From Eledone cirrhosa (Eukaryota), in assembly GCA_964016885.1 (NCBI GenBank), contig OZ024757.1, positions 22,940,001-23,004,000 on the forward strand: a DNA stretch of 64,000 bases, given 5' to 3'. The position numbers were made by a program, and so were the translations under genes. Below the pieces are notes generated by a model. The model was not told the DNA's origin. It ran no database searches and saw only the letters and a program-made list of their open reading frames with translations. Below are positions 25,970 through 40,286 of this stretch, piece after piece. The stretch's first letter is position 1. The number at the start of each line of letters is the position of its first letter.

Positions 25970-26250
25970 GACTCTGGGTTTGAGACAGATGTTAGACTTT
26001 TATATGGAAGGCCAGACACACTACAATCATACTATTTAGCTAAATAACATCTGGGCTTGAGACAGATGTTAGACTTTTTACATGGAAGGCCAGACACACC
26101 ACAATTCATACTATTTAGCTAAATAACATCTGGGCTTGAGACAGATGTTAGACTTTTTATATGGAAGGCCAGACATACCACAAAACTATTTAGCTAAATA
26201 ACATTATACACTAGTATATATTTAGCTAAATATCATTATACACTAGTATA
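25970..26250 (+). repeat. ~78-bp tandem repeat, three copies
   Basis: CTGGGCTTGAGACAGATGTTAGACTTTT..GGAAGGCCAGACAC..CTATTTAGCTAAATAACAT. Confidence 0.85.
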
Positions 26251-26660
26251 TATGCACACTGTCGTTATTTTTTTAATGTGAAGGCATGTGACTTAGTGTG
26301 GTCTGGTTGTTACGATGTTGGCCTTATGATCAAAACTTAATCTCACGTTGCTCCATTATAATCAGCTGAAAATAAGTACCAGCAATAGCTGTGATGGACT
26401 AGTGTCCTGTCCAGGAGCAAGTCTTGTACTCTCAGTCATTTAATGCCACAAAAACCAAGGCAAGCACTGGCTTGATGAGCCTCTGGGCTCGAAATAGAAT
26501 TTTTTTATATGGAAGGCCAGATACACCACATCCTCATCATCACCATCGCCATTTAACGTCCATTTTTGCATTCTAGCATGGGTTAGATGATGTGTCCAAT
26601 TGTGAAACAAGCCAAATCAAATGATCGTGTCTTGATTATACAGAACTGATATATATTATT

Positions 26661-27282
26661 TGGATTGGCAGTATTGGTAGAGGGTCGGACGCCATGCTTT
26701 CCAGTATAGTTACGTCCCTTTACGATCTGAGTTCAAATCCCGCCGAGGTTGACTTTGCTTTTCATCCTTACGGGGTCGATAAAATAAAGTACCAGTAATG
26801 CACTGAGTAATTGCTGGCCTTGTGCCTAAAGTAGAAACAATTATTACACTAGTCTCTCGATGATGTGGATTGGCAGCATCGGTAGAGGGTCGGACACCAT
26901 GCTTTGAAGCACGGTTACATCCCTTTACGGACTGAGTTCAAATCCCGTCAAGGTTAACTTTGCCTTTCATCCCCTTACGGGGTCGATAAAATAAAGTACC
27001 AGTAATGCACTGGGTAATTGCTGGCCTTGTGCCAACAGTAGAAACCATTATTATACTAGTCTCCAATAACATCAGAATTACACACTAATATTTGTCCACT
27101 GGCAGTATAGGTAGAGGGTCGGACGCCATGCTTTCCAGCATAGTTACGTCCCTTTACGATCTGAGTTCAAATCCCGCCGAGGTTGACTTTGCCTTTCATC
27201 CCCTTACGGGGTCGATAAAATAAAGTACCAGTAATGCACTGGGTAATTGCTGGCCTTGTGCCTAAAGTTGAAACAACTATTT
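26661..27282 (+). mobile_element. Cluster of three SINE family B copies
   Basis: Copies at about 26661-26845, 26865-27053 and 27100-27282. Confidence 0.9.
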
Positions 27283-29442
27283 TGTTTTTTAATGTAAAGG
27301 CATGTGGTTGAGTGATAAAAGTTTTAGGGTCTTGGTAGTAAGGTTGTAAATTCCACTCCTGGACTGGATGGTGCATTGTCTTCTTGAGCAAGACACTTTA
27401 TGTTTATTTCACATTGCTCCCATCCACCCAGTTAGCAAAAATATGTTATACCTGTAATTCAAGGGGCCAGCTGTTTCACACACACACTGTTTCATACTGA
27501 GTCTCCCTCAGAATGATGTTAAGGCTGCACGTTATTGTGGAATGCTCAGCCACTTGCATGTTAATTTCATCAGCACAAGGTTCTGTTACATCAGTCGGTA
27601 CACTCATCGCTGGAAACGAGGGCAATTCAATACATACAAGTTTTTAAAAGGGGTACACTGTGCCCTTGTGTGTTGTAAGAGACACAACATAGAGAAGGGC
27701 GGCCAGCCATAAATTACTGCTTGAAAATGTCTTGTCTAAGTCAGGTTTAAATGGGAAAGCAGACATATTGACAAATATATTAAAACAATTATAAATAAAA
27801 ATACAGTGTGGTTGTATGGCCGGATACGACCGGTTTAAATGTTAAAGGGTTAAATATACCCCTGTGCATTTTCCCTTTTACTTTTTACATACATATATAT
27901 CATTTTCATGTTGACTTTTCTAGGCTAGCATGGGTTGGATAGAACTTTTTGAGGCAATGTGTTACAGCCAGATGCCCTTCTGACACCAACACTTTTAGTT
28001 GCTTCATACAACACATGGATTTGATGAATCTATTCTATACAGGATAGACTTTGTATCAACAGGCAAGGATACGGTGTATCTATTCTAATCTGGTAACACA
28101 CACAAAATGTAGAGATACATAACTATAAGCCACAATGCATGTTATCCAATGCTCTACTGAACCTGCCAATCCATCACCCTTAATAATGGTTTCTGATTTA
28201 GGCACAAGACCAACAATTTAAGAGGAGGGAAAGTTAATTAAATTGACCTTAGTGTATTACTGGTACTTTATTTTATTGACCCCATAAGGATGAAAGGTAA
28301 AGTTAACCTCGGTGGGGCTGGAACTCAGATCATTAATAGGGGTCTCTACATGTTGCAACACAATTTGTCTGATGCTCTACCAATAATGCCACCATGCTGT
28401 TAATGTGGTTGGTGTTAGGAAGAACATCTATCCATAGAAACCAAGCTAGAAACAGTTCTGTTTAAGCAAGACATTGTCACCTGTTCTGACTTGTCTCACA
28501 ACGTCAGAACAACTCATCTAACCCATGCTATTATGGAAAATGGACATTAAACAATGATGATATGTTATTAAGGCTAAGTGGTGAGTCTTGTTACTCTGGT
28601 GTTTCATCTGTCACTACATCAGTATTGAGTACTCGTTTCTCTCGACTGTCAACTACATGCAGATGTGTGTGTGTGTGTGATACATTCTCAATAAGATACA
28701 TTTCATCTGATAAGTAAATTATAGAACTTTTTTATGTGATCTAACACACATCAGGTTATAAATAATAAATATATGATATATAACTTTGTGTGTAATTGAG
28801 AATTTAGTCCATTCTATGGAGCAACTAAATAAATCACATAAGGAAACTAATATCGCAGTATTATATCATATATAATACTGCACCAGATTTTATTTTAAAT
28901 CGAATACTAAAGAAAATAAATGATGATATGATAGCACAGTTAGATTCATCTCATTAAGATATAAAATCTGAGAAGTGATTGATCGATTTTAAAATTTGAT
29001 CTCTTATCAATGTAACTTCAAGGCTTGGGTGATTCATGTCAACTCTTAACATCTTGTAATGATTTAGGAGAAAATATCTAAAATCGAGTTTGTCAATTCA
29101 AATGTTTATAGTATCTTTACTAGTTGACAGATAAACGTCAACATTTTCAGTATTAACTCTTAACCTCCTAGAATAATTTAGGAGAAAATATCTGAAAATG
29201 AGTTTGTTAAAACAAATGTTTATAGTATCTTTACTAGTAGCCAGATCAACAGGAAAATTTGCAGTATTCATGTAAAGACAAATTTTTAATGTGTTGCAAA
29301 ATTAGTGCTGTTTTGTATTTTTCAAGAATTTCTTGCTAATGCAGTTTCATACAGTTTGTTAATTCAAATATACATAATTTTATATTATAAAATGTTAAGT
29401 TATGTTTCAAACACTAGATAAACACTTTAACATTTACATTAT

Positions 29443-29760
29443 GTGTTGAGAGAGAAACTGTGTCTGAGAGGGATAGAATGTAGTGTACGGGAGAGGAGAC
29501 TGAGGTGGTATGGACATGTGATGCGCATGGAGGATGACCGATGGGTGAAGAAGTGCCAGGAATTGCCAGTTGAAGGAAGATGTGGTAGACCACGAAAAAC
29601 ATGGGCGGAGGTGGTAAGAACAGACCTCAGATCATTGAAGCTCACGGTGGAGATGACGAGGGACCATGACGAGTGGAGAGATGCTGTGCTGAATAAGACC
29701 CGTCCCACCCTTACAAGCAGGGAAAAGCGGACGTAAAATGATGATGATGATGATGATGAT
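29443..29760 (+). mobile_element. Young RTE LINE 3' end with open frame and (GAT)n tail
   Basis: LREKL..RRLRWYGHVMRMEDDRWVKKC..GRPRKTWAEVVRTDL..KTRPTLTSREKRT*. Confidence 0.9.
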
Positions 29761-30292
29761 TACTCTATATTCACTATTGTATTTTCGCAGTAAAAATTTT
29801 ACCTCACATAATTATCTCGCATAATAATGAATCTATGAGATTTTGATATTATTTATGTTGAGAACAATACCATAACATTGGTATGAGTGGCCAGTTACAG
29901 CCGGTTTGAACAGAAAGAGGGGAGAGAAATCTGGCTGGATACAGCTGCCTTAAATGCTAAAGGGTTAAAAATGGAAAAAGCTAGTTATTTTACTGAACCA
30001 CTCAAAATCTTTTATTGTCTTCAAAATTAATTGGATAGCATAGATATAACAGTACAACAGACAAGATACATTTTACTTTCTTCAAAATGAATTTTTACAG
30101 AATAGAATTTTTTCAACATGCTGACACATATGTATGTATGTATGTGTGTATGTGTATGTGCATATGCATACATTTATATGTATGAGTATATAAATGTAAA
30201 CACACAAACACACTTACAAAAATATACACTCACAGACATACATTCACAAAAATACACATACATTTACACAAACACACATACATTCACACAAA

Positions 30293-30337
<45 letters not shown>

Positions 30338-30499
30338 TCACACACAGCATAGCACATAGAACACCAGGCACTGTTTTTATATAGTTGTTTCACCATTCCC
30401 TTCCTTTTACACACACATACATTCACACAAACACACACACACACACACACACACATTGTGTGATGGATGGAAGTCACTCAAATCTATATAGAGATGTAC

Positions 30500-30740
30500 A
30501 ACTTGTGATGTGCATGGCTGATGATCACTGGATGATGAAGCACCAGAAAATACCAGTACACGAAGATCAGGGAAGACCTAGGAGGAAATGGTGAGAGATG
30601 ACATCAAAATACTGTAACTCATAGAAGAGATGATGAAGTAATATAATGAATGGAACGATGATGTGCTAGAAACGAGACATCCAACCCATGAAAGCATTGA
30701 AACGTAGATGTAAAAATGATGGTGATGATGATGATGATGT
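30500..30740 (+). mobile_element. Old RTE 3' end fragment
   Basis: VMCMADDHWMMK..GRPRRK, followed by a (GAT)n tail. Confidence 0.7.
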
Positions 30741-31389
30741 AGAACTCTAAAAATACAGTAGCAGACAGCTTTTCTCATGTGTGTGTTACTTCCATTTCAA
30801 TCATCTTTCACCAAATACACAGACATCAGAAATAAAATCAAGTTGCCTTACGCAACATTACAGCAATTTCTTGAAGCTGGTTCCTAACCAATTATTGTGT
30901 ACAAAATGGCGCCACTCAGGTTTATCATTCCGTTAGCCTTCTCTGAAGACAGCTACAACTTAGACTATGAAAAATTATTTTCCTGCACTGGCACATGATT
31001 CAATATTGAATGGAAAACAGCAAAACATCAGAATTGACTGCAAAAGTAAGTTTGAGTATTTCTCTCTGAAGAATTAGAACTAAAGTAGAAAGTAAGACTA
31101 TCTCTACAAGACATTCATCAAAATGGATGCTTTCTTTATTTTCTCCAGCCATTTCTTCTCTTTTTTTCCTGGTTTCTTTGGTTCCTTTTTTTTGTTTGTT
31201 GTTTGTTAGCAGTTTGTTTTGTTTTTTTTTTTCACTTTTTTTCATTTTATGGTGTATCGTTTCTAAGAAAGCAATCATAAAATAGGTTCTTGGGGTAAAC
31301 CTTGCTTGCTGCATAGATGCACTGTTGCACTGTTGCACTGTTGCAACAACGGATGTCGAATGAAGATAGGAAACAATTTGTTTCATATT

Positions 31390-32048
31390 TATATATATAT
31401 ATATATGTATGTACGTATGTGTGTATATATATATATACATATATAGACATACATATATATATATATACATATATGTAAATATATATACATACATATATAT
31501 ACACATATATATATATTCATACATATATGTAAATATATATACATATATATATATACATACATATATGTAAATATATATACATATATATATATACATACAT
31601 ATATATACATATATATATACATACATATATATACACATATATATATACATATATATGCACATATATATATACATATATACATACATATATACACATATAT
31701 ATACATATGTATATACATACATCTACATATATATACACACATATATATATATACATACATATATGTATACATACATATATATACACATATATAATTACAT
31801 ACATATATACACATATACATATGTATATACATATATATACACATATATATATACATACATATATATACATATATATACATATATAAATATATATATACAT
31901 ATATACATACATATATACATATATACATATATACATACATACATATGTATATATACATATATATATATATGTATATATAAATATATATACATATATATAC
32001 ATATATATACATATATATATACATACACATACATATATATACATATAT

Positions 32049-32079
<31 letters not shown>

Positions 32080-32277
32080 CATACATATATATATACATAT
32101 ATATATACATACACATACATATATATACATATATATACATACATATATATATACAAACACATACATATATAAATATATATATACATACATATATATATAC
32201 ATACATATACATATATATATATACATATCTATATATATACATATATATTTATATATATACATATATATATATATATA
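31390..32277. repeat. TA/TACA compound microsatellite
   Basis: Direct inspection. Confidence 0.95.
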
Positions 32278-32991
32278 ATGAAGTTGAAACAATATGGCTC
32301 TAAAGTAAACTTCTTAACCACACAGCCATGCCAGCACACATGAAAATATATATTCTATTGTAAAATAGACAATTTATTTTATGTATTTATTCTGCGAGAT
32401 TCTTGATGTGAAATTAAATATTGAAACAGATATTGCTATACTTGGGGAGGTCATGTCAGTATTGCCAATAGATAGCAACACATACAACATAGGATTGTCA
32501 CTCAAGATGGAGTAAAAGTTTAAGACCAGAAAGATGGGGAGGAACAAAAGAGAACAGATAGTCATTGAGGAGGTTATAGAACGTGTGATGAAAGAACTTT
32601 GATGAACAAATGAATATCGAGCAATAAAGATAAAGTGAAAATCATATGTTGTGTGTGTGTTTCTTTTTATTGGCAATACTGGCAACATGACAATCTCCAA
32701 ATATAACATTTAATTATATTACTGACAAATCTCCATATTGTTGAAGTTTAACATACAATATTCAGTATTAATTATTGAAGTATTGTTCACTGTTATTTCT
32801 TACATGTTGTGGAAGTTTTCTTAACACTGTCATGCCAAACTACATGTACCAACCCCTGCTTCTATGATATAAAATAGTTTGTTTTAACCTTTTTGTTACC
32901 TTATCTCTAGTGATATACATTACATGTGTGTTACATTTAATTTTGAAAATAACCTAACATTTGAATGGAAAATAAAAGAGTCCCTGCATAT

Positions 32992-33277
32992 CAGCGTTTC
33001 TCGGGGTTCTGCGAGAACCAGTGATAAATAAACTAATGTATTTTAAAAAGTAAATTTTGTTTAATTTTATATTCTTAATTTTACTATACATTTACGCATA
33101 TTGTCGGAAAATCCTTGTTTATTTTAAGAAAGGCTTCAACCTCTTATATTATTTAAAACTAGGTCAATATAAGAGATAGATATTAATAATGGTATATAAT
33201 AATTTTTATGTAGGGGTTCCCTGAGACATGAACCTATTTCAAGGGTTCCACAAGGGTAAAAAGGTTGAGAAACGCTG
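32992..33277. mobile_element. hAT (Charlie-type) MITE
   Basis: TIRs CAGCGTTTCTC / GAGAAACGCTG; 8-bp TSD CTGCATAT / CTGTATAT; internal GGGTTC motifs. Confidence 0.85.
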
Positions 33278-34125
33278 CTGTATATACTGAAATATAAGCT
33301 AACTCCACCATTTTATGTCTGAAAATCAATCACTTAGACAGAGGCTGCCGTATATACTCGACTATAAGCCGAGGAATATTTAACCAAAAAACCGTTGGTA
33401 GAAGGGTGTGTGTGTGGGGGGGGTGGGTAAACTTATATTCAGGGTCAATATTTTGAGGATTTTCACCAACTTTAAATTCTACGTGAATAAGGTTTGGATT
33501 GTTGCCTGATTTTCAGTGGAGGAATACATTTAATCAATCACAGGACAGATTTCTTTGGTACATGTAGACACCTAAGGACGGCAACTTTCCTCAAGCTATA
33601 TAGATAGCAACCCCACGACAGTGAGTCCCAGAGACACCACCCCGCCCACTGAACTTACCACTCTCCTCTCTTCTTGTCTCGACTAGCATTTAAAACACCC
33701 CAGAGCTGCACTTACTTAGCGGTTAGGCCCATGCCTCACATTACAATGGTTCACCCTTCTTTCTCACTTCCTTAGTTCTAACCCAAGTAAACAGCCATTA
33801 GCTAATTAGCGTGATAACATACGTTGGCAAAGTCCTACCCTGGGTATTGCCAAGCACCCCACATTTCCGATCACCAGGCTTCACCACCCACCCCTGGTCT
33901 GTGATTCGGTTTTCTAAAGGACAAGCTACCTCCAACCTAATCCCTTTCACACATAAAAGTCAGTACTAACTGTGATAAGTAAATAAGACATACCTATTAT
34001 TTCTTTTTTCACCCCTTTAAAGGGCACATATGTGTCTGTGTATGTGTGTACGTATACACGTATGTGTGTGTATGTGCTTGTGTGTGTATGTGTATATATG
34101 TGTACATAGATATGTTTATGTATGT

Positions 34126-34460
34126 GAAGGCACATGGCTTAGTGGTTAGAGCATTGGCCTTGCAATCGAAAGGTTGTGAGTTCAATTCTCAGACCGGGTG
34201 ATGTGTTGTTTCCTTGAGCAAGACACTTTATTTCACGTTGCTCCAGTTTACTCAGCTGTAGAAATGAGATGATAGGGACTGGGGTCCCTATCATTCCACT
34301 GCAAAGTGGTCGTGGAGGTGCCACGGCAAAAAAGCACCCAGCACTCACTGTAAATGAGGTTGGTGTTAGGAAGGGCATCCAGCTGTAGAAATCAAGCCAG
34401 AATCAGTTCCCGTCCCACCCTTGCAAGCAGGGCAAAGCGGACTTAAAATGATGATGATGA
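34126..34460 (+). mobile_element. SINE family A full-length reference copy
   Basis: tRNA head, CCTTGAGCAAGACACTT, hairpin ATGATAGGGAC-TGGG-GTCCCTATCAT, GGTTGGTGTTAGGAAGGGCATCC, RTE tail. Confidence 0.9.
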
Positions 34461-35129
34461 TATCAGAATAATAAAAGTAAACTCAAAATCTTTGCAAATA
34501 ACTTATAAAAGGAATTAGATAAAATAATACAAATGATGATTATTAGCTGAAATTTTCCAGCAGTTAAGGGTTGAAGTGGGAATCATAATAACACAGAAAA
34601 ACAATTAATCCATTAGTGTTTCTTTCATTTCTATGTTTGATAATTACTTAGCAAATAAAGAAATGGTAATTTCCTTTCAGTAATGGCTTTAGCAAAGGTA
34701 AATATTACCCTTTGCCATCTAGATTATAAAAGAGATGAAAACAAATACAGTAACTTGGAGTGGTGAATTGATAGATTACCATCCATCTGAGATTCAGCCA
34801 GGTAATTAAGTCTAGGAGCCATTAACAAAGCAGAATGTCAACAAATAGTTAATACAAATTTTATTTGTGTTTGGTTTTGTTGTTGTTTGTATGCGTGAGT
34901 TCCTTTTTTGGGGTGGGTGGGTGGAGGTAGGTTCTTTTCTAAATGAGAAAAATGATTAAGAAGGGAAACCAAATATTTCAAATGGAGAGTTTCTTTGAAT
35001 TTTCGATTTTTCTGAAGTCATTTAATCCCATCTGATTCGTTATATTACATTGAATTAACCTTCTTTTAAATATGGAATAATACCATATAAAATGGAGTGA
35101 ATCAGAATCATGCTCAGTCTCACCTTAGA

Positions 35130-35620
35130 TGGCAGGAAGGGCAACACCTGGATTTGACAGCAGAGTGGAGTCAAGAACATAATTGAGACCATCAATAAGA
35201 GCAAACATAGATGGGCTGGTCACATCTCTCATTTCAAAGACACCAGGTGAATTATTAGAGTGAGAGAGTGGACACTGAGGCAGTGGAGAAGAACCAGAGG
35301 GCAAACATAGAGGGACTGGTCACGTCTCTCATTTCAGAGATACCAGGTTGACTATTACAGTGACAGAGTCGACCCCAAGGGAGTGGAGAAAAACCAGAGA
35401 GAAAACATAGAGGGACTGGTCACATCTCTCATTTCAGAGACACCAGATTGACTATTAGTGACAGAGTGGACACCAAGGCAGTGGAGAAGGACTAGAGGGT
35501 GGCCAGAGCCAAGATGGCCTGACAATCTTATCAGATACCTCAGCCCCACATGGCCCTGTATGGCCAGAGGTGGGGGGTCAACCAGGGAGGGGTTCCTCAA
35601 ACAGATGTGAAAAACCCTGG
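35130..35620 (+). mobile_element. RTE-clade fragment with internal ~100-bp triplication
   Basis: IIETINKSKHRWAGHISH..RVREW..RTRG; the AAACATAGAGGGACTGGTCAC block occurs three times. Confidence 0.75.
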
Positions 35621-36004
35621 ATTTGGATTTAGAATACAAATGAATCATTTTTTTTAGAAGTGACTCACATCGAATTTTTTTCCTTTTTCTACAATTATAC
35701 CTGCAAATATTTTCCTCTTCTCTTCTGTGGAATTTACAGCTGCATCACAATATAAGTATTAGCATCAGTGATTGTAAAAAGGGTTGATAGCCCTTTTTGA
35801 ATTAGACTTCAATATTAAAGTTGTAGTTGACAAAATCACTTTTTATAGAAGTTTCCCAATTCAAATCTTTTCCCTTCTCTACAGTTAGACCTGCAGATAC
35901 ATAATAAGATAGTGCTGTAGCTTGCTTGAGGTGTTGTGTAAAGTGTAGAAAATATAGTTTTGTTTGTAAGCAATGTGAATTGGACAATAAATGTTAAAAA
36001 TATG

Positions 36005-36188
36005 ATAATAATTGTTTCTACTTTAGGCACAAGGCCAGCAATTATCCAGTGCATTACCGGTACTTTATTTTATCGACCCCGTAAGGATGAAAAGCAAAGT
36101 CAACCTCGGCGGGATTTGAACTCAGATCATAAAGGGACATAACTATGCTGGAAAGCATGGCGTCCGACCCTCTACCGATACTGCCAAG
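36005..36188 (-). mobile_element. SINE family B copy
   Basis: Reverse complement of 26661-26845. Confidence 0.9.
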
Positions 36189-37549
36189 TTACCTTACAGT
36201 TCTTTATAGGTCCTTTATATTTCGGGATAAAACCCTTTCATCAAAAGATTAATAGAAGAAACTAGTTAGGAATTGTATATTTTTGTTATTCTTATTTTGG
36301 AAATTTGAAAGTAGTGTGTTTTGTTGTTGTTGTTGTTGTTGTTATTCTTTTAACATTAAAATATACAATGTGGTCTGTAATCATAGCTCTGTTCTGATCT
36401 ACACAACTGTTGTATCATATTTTAAAATGGAATGAAGTGTTGTATTGTGTATATCTATGTTAACCACTGGTTGTTGGTTTTGGATTTCTATTTAGCTATT
36501 ATTCTCTCTCTGATCGATCGACAAGATCCCAGACCTCATTCACTTGCTGAGTGGGGTGGACCTTGTCAAATCGGACCAAGGAAACCTTTATTTCCATTGG
36601 TCTTTCCATTGCTGATACTACCTACCAGTTTCAACAATGTGAAATAAAGTGTCTTGCTCAAGGACAAAACGTATTACTTGGTCTGAGAATTGAACTTGCA
36701 ACCTCACAATTGCCAATCCAACTTTCTAACCACTAAACCACGCACCTTCACTATTATTATAGATTCTGTTATTCTGAGATCACCAGTATTCCTATCCTTG
36801 GCTGACATAATCACTATTATATCTTTATTTTTCAGACAAAACATGATTTTCTAGTGATATAATTATTAGGATCGGTGTTTGTAAAAAAGGTTAAATGTCC
36901 TTTGGAATCATCCCTTAATATTAATGCCTTGGTCAATAAAACAGATATTGAATAAACCAAGAGAAAACCTTTAGTTCCCTTTATAACTGCATGTTATATT
37001 GATCTCAATCAGCTTAAAATTCACCAAACGAAGAAATGGCTGAATTCATTAAATATTGATTTCTCATGTCGGCATAAGGTAAGAAATTAGTAGAGATGTA
37101 GAGCCAATTGAATAGACACTAGTATCAGTAGGACTTAATCTATCAATCCAAGAGGGACAAGAGAGATAAGGGAAATGAAAGACAGAGTAGATTCTGGCAG
37201 GATTTCAATTCAGAATATAAAGAGACATGTAACTAAACAAGCTATAGCATTGGAACATTCTCTCACAGAGCTATAATAAAGTTTTCTTAAAATTAGGCAC
37301 AAAGCCAGTGATTTAGCTGGGTTGAGGAAGGAGAAGAGGAAGAAGGAAAACTTAATTAAATCAGCCCCAGTACGTGACTGGTACTTTGTTTAATTAACCT
37401 TGGAACAATGAAAGGTCAAGTTGTCTTCAGCTTGATATATACTCAGAAAGCAAAAATCTGGAATAAATACTGCAAATGATTTTGTCTGACACTCTACCAA
37501 TTCTGCCAGTACACTACCCTTCGCCACACAATAATAATAATGATGATAG

Positions 37550-37949
37550 TAATAATAATAATAATAATAATTGTTTCTACTTTTGGCACAAGGCCAGCAA
37601 TTATCCCAGTGTATTACTGGTACTTTATTTTATCGACCCCGTAAGGATGAAAGGCAAAGTTAACCTCGGCGGGATTTGAACTCAGACCATAAAGGGCCGT
37701 AACTCTTTGCTGCAAAGCATGGCGTCCAACCCTCTACCGATACTGCCAATCCACCGCCCCTTAATTGTTTCTACTTTTGGCACAAGGCCAGCAATTATCC
37801 CAGTGTATTACTGGTACTTTATTTTATCGACCCCGTAAGGATGAAAGGCAAAGTTAACCTCGGCGGGATTTGAACTCAGATCATAAAGGGAGGTAACTCT
37901 ATGCTTCAAAGCATGGCGCCCGACCCTCTACCGATACTGCCAATCCACC
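37550..37949 (-). mobile_element. Two tandem SINE family B copies
   Basis: Reverse-complement matches; (TAA)n tail at left. Confidence 0.9.
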
Positions 37950-38176
37950 AAAGTAATAATAATAGTTTCTGATTTAGGTACAAGATCCACAATATGGGGG
38001 AAAAGAAAAGTCGATTAATTCGACCCCAGGGTATTACTGGTACCTTATTTAATCTGACTTTGTTCTGACTCTGTATCTTCATAGTTGACGATGTTTATCA
38101 ATGTTTCCAACATAATTTCTTATATGATCAAGATGATATATATATATAATCAATTAGATACCTAAATATAGAATGT

Positions 38177-38452
38177 TACACATACACACCTTCACATACA
38201 CACATACATATATATATATAGCTGCACACAAATAAGTATATATATATATACATACACACCTTCACATACATACACACACATACATACATATATATATATA
38301 TATAGCTGCACACAAACAAGTATATGTAAATACACATACACACCACATACATAAACACCTTCACATAAATACACACACACATACATACATATATAGCTGC
38401 ACACAAACAAGTATATATATATACACATCGACACCTTCACATACACACATAC

Positions 38453-38492
<40 letters not shown>

Positions 38493-38662
38493 ACCTTCAC
38501 ATAAATACACACACACATACATATATATATAGCTGCACACAAACAAGTATATATATATATATATACACACATACACACCTTCACATACACACATACGTAT
38601 ATATATATATATAGCTGCACACAAACAAGTATATATATATATATACATACACACCTTCACAT

Positions 38663-38693
<31 letters not shown>

Positions 38694-38854
38694 GCTGCAT
38701 ACAAACAAGTATATATATATATACACATACACACCATCACATGCACACACACGCATTCATACATACATACATATATATATATATATAAACAAGTATATAC
38801 GTATATATATACAGATACACACCGTCACATACGTACACACATACATACAAACAA

Positions 38855-38901
<47 letters not shown>

Positions 38902-38958
38902 CACACCTTCACATACATACACACATACATATATATATATATAGCTGCACACAAACAA

Positions 38959-39003
<45 letters not shown>

Positions 39004-39156
39004 CACACACACACCTTCACATACATACACACATACATATATATATATATATAGCTGCACACAAACAAGTATATATATATATATATATAAATATATATAT
39101 ACACACCTTCACATACATACACACAGACATACATACATACACACATACATACGTAC

Positions 39157-39195
<39 letters not shown>
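38177..39195. repeat. Compound minisatellite: fixed AGCTGCACACAAACAAGT and ACACCTTCACAT blocks separated by variable TA/CA runs
   Basis: About a dozen units. Confidence 0.9.
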
Positions 39196-39200
<5 letters not shown>

Positions 39201-39393
39201 AAAGAATTGTGGTAAGGAACCAAATGGACCATAACGCACCAGAGTACTCAATACTTAGGGTAGTAGAGTGGGAAATAGGAAAAAGCATGAGCCTAAGGGC
39301 AGAGCTCAAGCCGTTTCGACGGCTATTTCTGGACGCCAGAAATAGCCGTCGAAACGGCTTGAGCTCTGCCGTCGGGGTCATACTTTTTCCTAT
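39196..39393. mobile_element. TA-flanked palindromic element containing the 3' half of a hammerhead
   Basis: 35-bp perfect arms (39298-39332 and 39336-39370), loop ACG; GAAA-CGGC-loop-GCCG-TC at 39351-39373. Confidence 0.65.
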
Positions 39394-39402
39394 ATATATA
39401 TA

Positions 39403-39751
39403 TGGAGGCACATGGCTTAGTGGTTAGAGCATTGGCCTTGCAATCAAAAGGTTGTGAGTTCAATTCTCAGACTGGGTGATGTGTTGTTTCCTTGAGCAAG
39501 ACACTTTATTTCACATTGCTCCAGTTTACTCAGCTGTAGAAATGAGATGATAGGGACTGGGGTCCCTATCATTCCACTGCAAAGTGGTCGTGGTGGCGCC
39601 ACAGCAATAAAGCACACAGCACTCACTGTAAATGAGGTTGGTGTTAGGAAGGGCATCCAGCTGTAGAAATCAAGCCAGCATCAGTTCCCGTCCCACCCTT
39701 GCAAGCAGGGAAAAGAGGACGTAAAATGGAATGATGATGATGATGATGATG
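39403..39751 (+). mobile_element. SINE family A copy
   Basis: Near-identical to 34126-34460. Confidence 0.9.
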
Positions 39752-40238
39752 ATATATACAGACGCACATTTAAAACTGAAATGAGAAAGAGGCAGGAGAA
39801 GTAGAAACAATATTTATCAGTTGATACAAAACAAAATATTAGAGGTAAGAGGCAAGACTAACAGATCAAAGATGTATGCAAGAAATGAAAAACAGATCAT
39901 ACGGTTTTCACAAGACTTCCTAATTCCATGACTAGAATATAAAGAATTAGTTAGAGTGAGGTGGGGCTGCTGTAGAGGGTTGCCTTCAGAGTTCTACATG
40001 AAAAACTCCTTTCGGCTATTTAACTTTGCAATTATTCATGTGGCAGCAAAGAAGGAGAGCAGGAGACAGGAATAAGCTAAAGTGCATTATATATATATAT
40101 ATATATATATACATGAGTGTATGTGTGTGTATATATATATATATGAATGTGTATATATTTTACACACAAAAATATATATATATGTATGTGTGTGTGTGTG
40201 GATATATATATATATATATATATACGTATGTGCATGTC

Positions 40239-40286
<48 letters not shown>

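Noticed and set aside
26465-26500. TTGATGA-GCC..GGCTC-GAAA as a hammerhead in the third SINE family
   Set aside because: Sibling copies read GAGA, AAGA or AGAA instead of GAAA, and no stem I/III pairing is evident; more likely a LINE-type tail hairpin.
34126-34200. tRNA gene
   Set aside because: It is a tRNA-derived SINE head repeated in many copies, with no complete cloverleaf or terminator.
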